A stretch of DNA of 46,847 bases, taken from NCBI GenBank assembly GCA_003990765.1, contig RBNJ01000052.1, positions 1 to 46,847 on the forward strand. The letters run 5' to 3'. Numbering within the stretch: position 1 is the first letter of the stretch; each line of letters begins with the position of its first letter. Below are positions 9,901-18,007 of this stretch, in pieces. The notes below the pieces were generated by a model. That model was not told the origin of the DNA and ran no database searches. It saw only the letters and a program-made list of their open reading frames with translations. This DNA is from Jimgerdemannia flammicorona. Its lineage: Eukaryota. Made by a program: the position numbers and the translations under genes.

Positions 9901-10009
9901 TCACACTCTTCACGAGACAGCCTACCACGCTATCGACGCCATGTGTAATTCTGGTGGCCACCTTGCGGTCGGGTTCTGCCTGACCGAGATTATGAAGATG
10001 CTTGGGTGA
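6962..10009 (+). pseudogene. Copy 2 ORF2 (EN-RT), 1015 codons with one in-frame CGA>TGA stop at 8993-8995
   Basis: ORFs 6962-8995 and 9008-10009 share a frame. Total 3048 nt, equal to copy 1 1813-4860. Confidence 0.93.
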
Positions 10010-10413
10010 TCGAGCGATCGCACATTTTCTTTACTTCTTTCTTTCCCCTCATTCACCCTGGTTGGTTCCCCCGTTGTTGAGAACACATTGAATTGTTCAT
10101 TTCATATCAGTCGTTTGGTGTCTGGTTGACGATATGGTTCTTGTAGTAAGCGCCGGGCAAATGTGTATTATATCTTAGCTTTTCTTTTTCTGCTTTCTGC
10201 ATTTATTATCTCTACGGCCGTGACTAAATGGTTTATCCAGCCCGTCCATAGGGTGGTCACCTCTCTGGCTCTTGTTTTGTACTTCTTAGCTAGTTGTTTA
10301 CTTCGCTGGCCTTGTTTTGCTTTTCTCGTCTTAGGAGTCTTTGTCTTTTGTTGCTCCGATGTAACTTGTCTTCTCTACAATGAATAAATTCTTACTTGAA
10401 GCCTAACCCTAAC

Positions 10414-11324
10414 CCTTGACTGGTACTGGGACCTCCATCCCCAGGTCCACAAGACTTGCTTGCTCCACTCCTTCCTTCAGTCTTTCCTTTGGGATCAGCT
10501 GCTGCAGGAATGAGCCTCCTCCTCCCAGGTTCTCATTCAGTATATCACCCCCAAAGGCTGCTTGCGGTCGCAGGGCGCCGACTGTGTCCTCTTCTTCCCC
10601 CCCTGGCTTGTGCATTCTGCACTCGCCTAGCATTACGGCTATTTTGGCCAACCCTGCTCCTGCCCTTGTGGAGATAAGTTTCATCATGGCTATCTCCTCA
10701 GGTGCGCTCTTCTTGATGGTTCATATTCTGCTTTCTGAGGTACTTCCGATCGAGATAAACAACTTAATTGGTTTACCAGTGACGAATAGTAGGAGGAACT
10801 TCATGCCTACCCTCTTCACACTCTTTACGAGATAGCCTATCATACTACAGATACCATGTATAATTCTGGTGGCCACCTCATGGTTGGGTTTTGCCTGGCT
10901 GAGACCACAAAGATGCTTGGGTGATTGAGCGATCGCACATTATCTTTACTCCTTTCTTTCCTCTTGTTTGCCTTGGTTGGTTTCCAATTATTAAGAGTAT
11001 ATTGAGTTATTTATCTCATATCAGTCGTTTGGTGTTTGGTTGTTGATACAATCTCTGTAGTTAGTATCAAGCGAACATATATTATATCCTAGCCTTCCTC
11101 TTCTTTGCTCTTTTGTATTTATTATCTTTATGGCCATGACAAAATGGTTTTATCTAGCCTGTCCATAGGGTGGTCACCTCTCTGGCCTTTGGTTTATTTT
11201 TCTTAGCTAGTTGTTTTACTTTGCTGATCTTGCTTTACTTCTTCTATCCTAGGAGTCTTTGCCTTTTATTGCTCTGATATATCTTATCTTCTCTACAATA
11301 AATAAATTCTTACTTAAAGCCTTA
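10414..11324 (+). mobile_element. Telomeric retrotransposon copy 3, 5'-truncated (end of ORF2 + 3'UTR)
   Basis: Starts at the position equivalent to ~4350 of copy 1 (CCT-TGACTGGTACTGGG). AATAAA 11301-11306. Ends AAAGCCTTA, followed by CCCTTA CCCTTA CCCTAA. Confidence 0.93.
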
Positions 11325-11883
11325 CCCTTACCCTTACCCTAACCCACTCAAGCGATTTCCCCATTTGGCTAGACTCGGCTTTATGGCCTGAAGCTATTCC
11401 AAATTCAGAAAGCAGTCACTTTGATTAGCTAAGCCTCTTATTAGGTATAAATACCCCTTTCTTCATTATATTTTCATTATACAAACAACAGTCATGTGAC
11501 CTATATTTCACAATTTCATAAACACAAACAAACACACCTCTGCCTAATTTAGCAATGTCAGTCACCTCCTCTGTCATAGGTGATGATGGCAATGCCAACC
11601 ATCTCTTTGTGCACTTCAGGGCCTCTCTCTACTGTGCCAAATATCATGACGTCAGTCTCCTCTCTCTTGGCTTCAACAAGGGTAGCCTTATGGTAATGTG
11701 CAGGTCATATAGGGATATTTGACTGATATCAGCGTATTTATCTTCCCTGTATGGTGCGGAAGAAGATGAAGAGATTATAATCTCTTCTGATTCAGACTCA
11801 GATGCCCAGTGCCCCCCCTACTCTCCCACACCCTTGCACCCTCAATCGGAATAAGTATGGTTGCCCAAACACTAGTTTAGGTA

Positions 11884-11995
11884 GTCAAGTCCTTCGGGAC
11901 CGCTGACACTTGAAAAAATTGGAATGATACAGAGAAGATTAGCATGGCCCCTGCACAAGAATGACAGTATCTTCCTGAGTGGATAGCCCTATACG
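11884..11995 (+). pseudogene. U6: U6 snRNA retrocopy inserted in copy 4 ORF1
   Basis: 5' hairpin GTCC-TTCG-GGAC. Core AAATTGGAATGATACAGAGAAGATTAGCATGGCCCCTGCACAAGAATGACA (ACAGAGA box, AGC triad, ISL). Flanked by the 16-bp direct repeat AACACTAGTTTAGGTA (11868-11883, 11996-12011). Confidence 0.93.
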
Positions 11996-12753
11996 AACAC
12001 TAGTTTAGGTATGACCCCGACTGCCAGTCATGCGGGCCCCTCAGCCGTCTCTGATCTAGTTATGAAGATGGCTACAATGAGGAAGCAGATTTTGGATCTG
12101 TTGACTCAAGTGGTCAAACTGGCCAAGATCAATGCCCAGCTGATGGTGCAGCTTGCTGAATGATCTGCACCCACTGCCCCCTTGTCATCTGGTGCTCCTT
12201 CGGGAAGTACCCCCACCACTCCTTCCACATCCACTCCCCCCCAAGTCCTTGGCCCCCCCTCCTACTGGACCTACTATAAACACACAGTTGAAGGCCTAGA
12301 AGAGAGTAAACAAGCAGGCTGCTAAAGCTGCCATATTGTAGTCTGGCACACTGCTAAAGGAGGTAGCTCCCATGGCTGTGCCTCTGGTCACTAAAGCCAA
12401 GCCCCCTAAAAAGAGCAAGGCCAAAGCCCCCAGACCAGTGCCCCAGGTTATGCCTGTAGGACTCAGTGCCACCATTCCGTCTTTATCTCCTGCTTCAACC
12501 CCTGTCTCCCCCAAATCATCCACTACTGCCACCAAGAAGGTCTCTATCAAAGATAGGACCCAGGCCTACCTCGAGATGGAAAGGGCAGCTGCTGCCACCA
12601 CTCTTTTGTGCATGACCTACAAGCCGACCTCTCATTTATTGCTGACTGAGAAGGGCACTCGGCAGCAGTATGTTTACATTAATGGGTTTGTACATCTTAA
12701 GATCAGGCAGATCTGGAGGAACTTGTATGACATCCATGGGATGTTCTCAAAAG

Positions 12754-12758
<5 letters not shown>

Positions 12759-12809
<51 letters not shown>

Positions 12810-14265
12810 CATTTATTAACTATCTATAACATTCTACATATCCTCATACAACATCAGTAGTCCCATTCTACCCCAATCTCAACCCACTCCCAGCCTTGCA
12901 TCTTTAGGGTGTGAGTTGTAACCTCAATGCCTAAGTAACTAGATCCTCCTACCCAGCCTACCCCACCCAGTGGGTATGGGTTGTGAGCCCCAACCACCTC
13001 AAGTACTTGACATCTAGTACACCTGACCTACCCCTATTAGTACCTTCTGTCTTGCCTATCTAGCCTGTCTTGCCTGCCCATGTTACCCATATTGCCATCT
13101 TGCTGTCTTGCCCATCTTACCCATCTTGCCCGTCTTGCCTGCCCATGTTGCCCGTGTTGCCCATATTACCCTGTTGCCCGCTCGTGTTGCCTGTATTGCC
13201 CGTCTTGCCCATCTTGCCCATGTTGCCCATATTACCCATCTTGCCCATCTTGCCCGTCTTGTCCATCTTGCCCACCCATATTGCCCCTGTTGCCCATGTT
13301 GCCCAAGTTACCCGTGTTGCCCGTATTGCCTGTTTTGCCTGTTTTGCCTGTTTTGCCCGTATTGCCTGTTTTGCCTGTTTTGCCTGTTTTGCCCATCTTG
13401 CCCATGTCGCCTGTCTTGCCATCTGCCCATCTTGCCCATGTTGACCATCTTGCTGTCTTGCCCTTCTTGCCCATCTTGCCCCCCTGTGTTGCCCATATTG
13501 CCCATGTTGCCCGTGTTTTCCATATTGCCCATGTTGCCCATATTGCCCATATTGCCTGTGTTGCCCATGTTGCCCATATTGCCCATATTGCCCATATTGC
13601 CTGTATTGCCTGTATTGCCCATGTTGCCCGTATTGCCCGTGTTACCCAACCATGTTGCCCATATTGCCCATATTGCCCGCCTGTGTTGCCAGTGTTGCCC
13701 GTATTGCCCGTTTTGCCCATTTTGCCCATTTTGCCCATTTTGCCCATTTTGTCCATTTTGCCCATTTTGCCCATTTTGCCCATTTTGCCCATTTTGCATG
13801 GCTTGTCCATGTCTCCTGTCTTGCTCTCTGCCCATCTTGCCCAGCCATCTTGCCGTCTTGCCCATCTTGCCCGTCTTACCCATCTTGCCCATCTTGCCCA
13901 TCTTGCCCATCTTGCCTGTCTTGCCCATCTTGTCCATGTCATCCATCTCCCATCTTGTCATCTTTCCATCTTGCCCATCTTGCCCGTCTTGCCCGTCTTA
14001 TCCGTCTTGCCTACCTGTATTGCCTGTGTTGCCCATGTTGTCCTTGTTACCTGTGTTGCCCATTTTGCCTGTTTTGCCCATGTCACCTATCTTGCCGTCT
14101 GCCCATCTTGCCCATATCGCCCATCTTGCTGTCTTGCCGTCTTGTCTGTCTTGCCCGTCTTGCCTATGTTGCCCATGTTGCCCATGTTGCCCGGGTTTGT
14201 TTCTCCCAGTTATATGTAAAACCATTGCTTGAAGTTTATGTCATGCGAATTGTACTGGAGAGAGG
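12759..14265 (-). mobile_element. Non-autonomous poly(A) retroposon with L1/Tx1-family 5' end and internal minisatellite
   Basis: T48 at 12759-12806, with TTTATT (AATAAA on minus) at 12812-12817. 17-bp TSD TGTT(C/G)TCAAAAGTTCTC (12742-12758, 14266-14282). Minus-strand 5' end CCTCTCTCCAGTACAATTCGCAT resembles the 5' ends of the LINEs in this window. Confidence 0.85.
13048..14193. repeat. Degenerate 9-bp minisatellite (TTGCCCATN / TTGCCCGTN / TTGCCTGTN), ~120 units
   Basis: Direct reading of the tandem units. Produces repetitive ORFs in multiple frames on both strands. Confidence 0.95.
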
Positions 14266-17200
14266 TGTTGTCAAAAGTTCTCAATATGTTATACGTCTCA
14301 TCGTTGACCATTGAATTTCTGCTCTACCCTGATTATGTCACAGCATTCCAAAAGAAGATGAAGGTGCTCAGGTTCTCGGTGCTATTGACCTGGAACCCTG
14401 CAACAAGAATGCCATGGAGGCCATGAAGACATGGATACTTCAGTCATTCCATGCTTGGGTCCGGCAGTTAGCTGGTGAAGCCACTGCGAAGAGGCCTGAG
14501 GTGCAGACCTTCTACAGAGCTTGGGCCATGGAACTCAGCCTTACTCTCCCATTCTCTGTCCCCCCATCAGCTGGCTCAGCTTCGAAGGCAAGTGGTACCA
14601 TGGCTATGATGGGTGATATGGCAATGGATTTGGAAGCCAAAGCTTCCTTCTCAGGTACTTTTCATGCTGTTGGCACTAATACGCCCAGCCCACAATGAGA
14701 GTTAGATTCCTCAATACACACAGACTACTCTAGGACAAGTTTGATGTGCTCAGTTGGTTGATTGATCCTGCCCTTGACATTCTTTTCATATGTGAAACAT
14801 TGCACATCCTGCTGCGTCCCACTCCGCTCAATCACATGTCCTCCTCCCCGGTATCGCACAGGATCGTTGGTCATCAGAATGGTGGCCTCGTGATTCTCAT
14901 GTCAAACCGTTTTGCCCCCCTTATTTCTGAGTCCTCTGCTGACCCCTTCCATATCTGGCTCATGTTCCAGGGCCTGACTTTGATTGGAGTTTATGCCCCA
15001 CCCTCTATTCTTATTGGTGGTTTCTGAGATGTGGTTTCTGGACCCTTTTCAGGTAAGGCCCTTTTGATTGGTGACATCAATACCCACTTCAGTGCCTGCC
15101 TTGGTGATGTCAACTCTGGTCCCCGTGACCAGATGGATGTCGTCAACACCTCCCTGATAACGTGGTCATTGAACCATCTGACCCTGGTGGCTGGATCCAC
15201 ATACATTGATCATGCATTCACCACCATGTCCCTCTATGCATCCCTCACTTGCTCTACTCCTCTTATCACTACTGACCACCACTCCCTCCTAATTGTCTCC
15301 TTTCCCTTCTCCTCCTCACCGGTTGCTGCCTTGGCTGGTATCCATCATTACTCTGCAAAATACCTATCCAATCTGATCATTCAAGCTCACCTCCGAGAAT
15401 CAGTGGATATCATTTGCGATACTGTTGTCAGGTCCATCTACTCTATCAGAGACCCTATCCCTGGCTTTTGCTCTGTGGAAGACTGCCAGCAGTTTGTAGA
15501 TTCTCTAGATGCCCTTTTGACCTCTGGTCTATAGTTAGTCTGTGAGGACATTCTTGGCTCGTATGACATAAGAGAGATCAGGGTGGCACCACTCTCTCAG
15601 TGGGACCTTCTTCACAGTGCATCTCCAGTCTCTGATACCATTCGTGGTTTCAAGTAAGCATACTGCTCTACTCCTCTTGCACTCCTCCAATCTCACTCCA
15701 CCAATGTCCCAGTGTTTGATGATGTGGTCACCCATTTCACCACTATCTTCAGTCAGTCTGATGCCTCTCTCTGTCTCGATGACTCTGAGGATGTCTTCTC
15801 CTTCAGCGTGGGTGCTCTTGGACTGCAGTCTTGGTTTGACCAGCCTGTGGTTTGGAGGGCTATCCGTAGCTACTGCCTCTCGAAGGTGTGTGGAACTGAC
15901 TCCTTATATGTCCAGATCCTTCGAGTGATGGCAGGTGAGAAGGATGCCCCCTGTAGCCTGTCAAAGGCCCTATTGTTCTTCTTCCAGATCTGCGTGGTTT
16001 GGGGGCTCACTCTCTACTGCTGGAACTCTGCCATTATCACTCCGGTCTCTAAGAAGGAGGAATCACATACAATTAATGGATTTCGCCCTATTGCTCTGAC
16101 TGAAATGTTTCATAGACTCTTCGAGCAGTGTTTGGAAGGATATCTCAAGAGCCGAAGTGGCCTGACAGAAATATCATGCTGCCAAGGTGGCTTCTGAACC
16201 CACTTCTCATCCCTCTCTCATATCTTTCTTTCACACGAGATGTTGGCTAAGGGATGGGGGCACCGTGTCTTTCTTGACCTCTGGCAGGCATATGACTGGG
16301 TCTCCCTCAAGCTCATTCTTTCACGACTTGAGGTGCGAGGTACCGATGTGGCCCTCCTTAGCATTATCCGAAGCCTGTTCAATCACTGTTCCTACCAGGT
16401 GGTTTTTAATGGCCTTGTCACTTCTTCGATCCCCACTGAGCATGGCCTCTTCCAGGGCTCCCTCCTCTCTCCTTGGCTGTTTGATGTCTTTATTAACCCT
16501 CTTGCTGCCTCCTTTGATGAACAATTTAAGGAGTATAACTTCCCCCTCAGGCTCTTCTTTGCTAATGATATTGCCCTTACCCCCCGCACTGCTGCAGAAG
16601 GGCAGAGGATGGTTGACTTTTGTGAAGACTGGCTTTCGGTGAATGGTATGGAGCTCAACCCCAAGAAGTGTAGTTATGTTGGCCCTGCTGACTGTACCAT
16701 GCTGATTGGGGGCAAACTCTGCCTGCGACCCCCCTCCTACATATACCTGGGCATACCATATACCAACAAAGGGTTTGACTTTGTCAGCCTCGCTTTGTGG
16801 AATGTGGCAAAGGCAGAATGAACTCTTGGGTTCTGCCATGCCCATGGTCCTCTCTGGTCGCCAATGGTTAAGTTGGCAATTGTATGAACATTCATCAGAC
16901 CTCAGCTGGAGTATGGCCTCCCCTCTTTCGTCTGTCATATGTCTGACCTCTGCTGCATGATCCAAGCCCACCTGGATTGGTGGTGCAAGTCTAGCAATAA
17001 CCCCATCGGCCCCCTTAGCGAGTGCTTTATCATGCATCCCCTAGATTCTATCATTGACAAGTTCTGGCATTGGACCTCCTGGCTTGACTTCCTCAACTGA
17101 TACTGGGACCTTTGTCTCCAGGTCTGCAAGACTCGCTTGCTCTGCTCCTTCCTCCAGTCCTTCCTTTGGTATTAGCTGCTGCAGGAATGGGCCTCCTTCT

Positions 17201-17997
17201 CTAGGCTCTCATTTGGTATATCACCCCCAAAGGCCACTTGCAGTCACAGGGTGCCAACTACGTCCTCTCCTTCTCTCCCTGGCTGGTGCGTTCTGCCCTT
17301 GTCTGGCGTTATGGCTATTTTGGCCAACCCCCCCCTGCTCCTGTGGAGATAAGTTTCATCATGGCCATCTCCCCAGGTGTGGTCTTCTCTATGGTTTATA
17401 TTCTGCTTTCCAAGATACTTTCAATTGAGATGAACAGCTTGATTGGTTTACCAATAACGAATGGCAGAAGAACTTTATGCCTACCCTCTTCACGCTCTTC
17501 ACGAGACAGCCTATCATGCTATCGATGCTATGTGTAATTCTGGTGGTCACCTGGCGGTTGGGTTCTGCCTGATCAAGATTATGAAGATGCTTGGGTGATC
17601 GAGCGATTGCACATTTTCTTTACTTCTTTCTTCCCTCTTGTTTGCCTTGGTTGGTTCTCTCATTGTTGAGAACATATTGAGTTATTCATCTCATGTCAGT
17701 CGTTTGGTGTTTGGTTGTTGATACAGTTCATATAGCTGGCACTGGGCAAATGTGTATTATATCTTAGTTTTTCTTTTCTTTACTTTCTGCATTTATTATC
17801 TTTATGACTATGACAAAATGGTTTTATCCAGCCCATCCATAGAGTGGTCACCTCTCTGGCCTTTGTTTTGTTTTTCTTAACTAGTTGTTTACTTCGTTGG
17901 TCTTGTTTTGCTTTTCTCATCTTAGGAGTCTTTGTCTTTTATTGCTCTGATGTACCTTGTCTTCTCTATAATGAATAAATCCTTACTTGAAGCCTAA

Positions 17998-18007
17998 CTC
18001 TAACCCT
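17998..18007 (+). repeat. Innermost relic telomeric repeats (CTCTAA CCCT), proximal boundary of the array
   Basis: Follows GAAGCCTAA of copy 4. The CCCT overlaps the broken end of the minus-strand LINE. Confidence 0.75.

Larger units (their letters stand above)
5265..10406 (+). mobile_element. Telomeric retrotransposon copy 2 (full length, defective)
   Basis: Begins after GCCTAACCCTA (5254-5264). Full 5'UTR. Ends AATAAA (10383-10388)...GAAGCCTAA, followed by CCCTAACCCT. Confidence 0.95.
11343..17997 (+). mobile_element. Telomeric retrotransposon copy 4, full length, heavily decayed, with two nested insertions
   Basis: Same 5' end (CCCACTCAAGCGATTTCCCCATTTGG). ATGA ORF junction at 14695-14698. 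ORF2 remnant 14695-17598 with many stops. AATAAA 17974-17979, ending GAAGCCTAA. Confidence 0.93.

Noticed and set aside
264-10009. Many overlapping or antisense ORFs of 60-260 aa within ORF1/ORF2
   Set aside because: Shadow frames of GC-rich coding sequence with no recognisable motifs and variable ends between copies.
11884-11995. Functional U6 snRNA gene
   Set aside because: It sits inside a retrotransposon ORF between TSDs, has substitutions in conserved positions and lacks an oligo-T terminator.
12372-12860. ORF ending in poly-Phe (and the poly-Lys ORF 36964-37158)
   Set aside because: Read-through into retroposon poly(A/T) tails.
13048-14193. CRISPR array, or genuine Cys/Pro- or Leu/Pro-rich genes on the + strand
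   Set aside because: Contiguous 9-bp units with no unique spacers, in a eukaryotic context. ORFs appear in multiple frames because the unit lacks stops.
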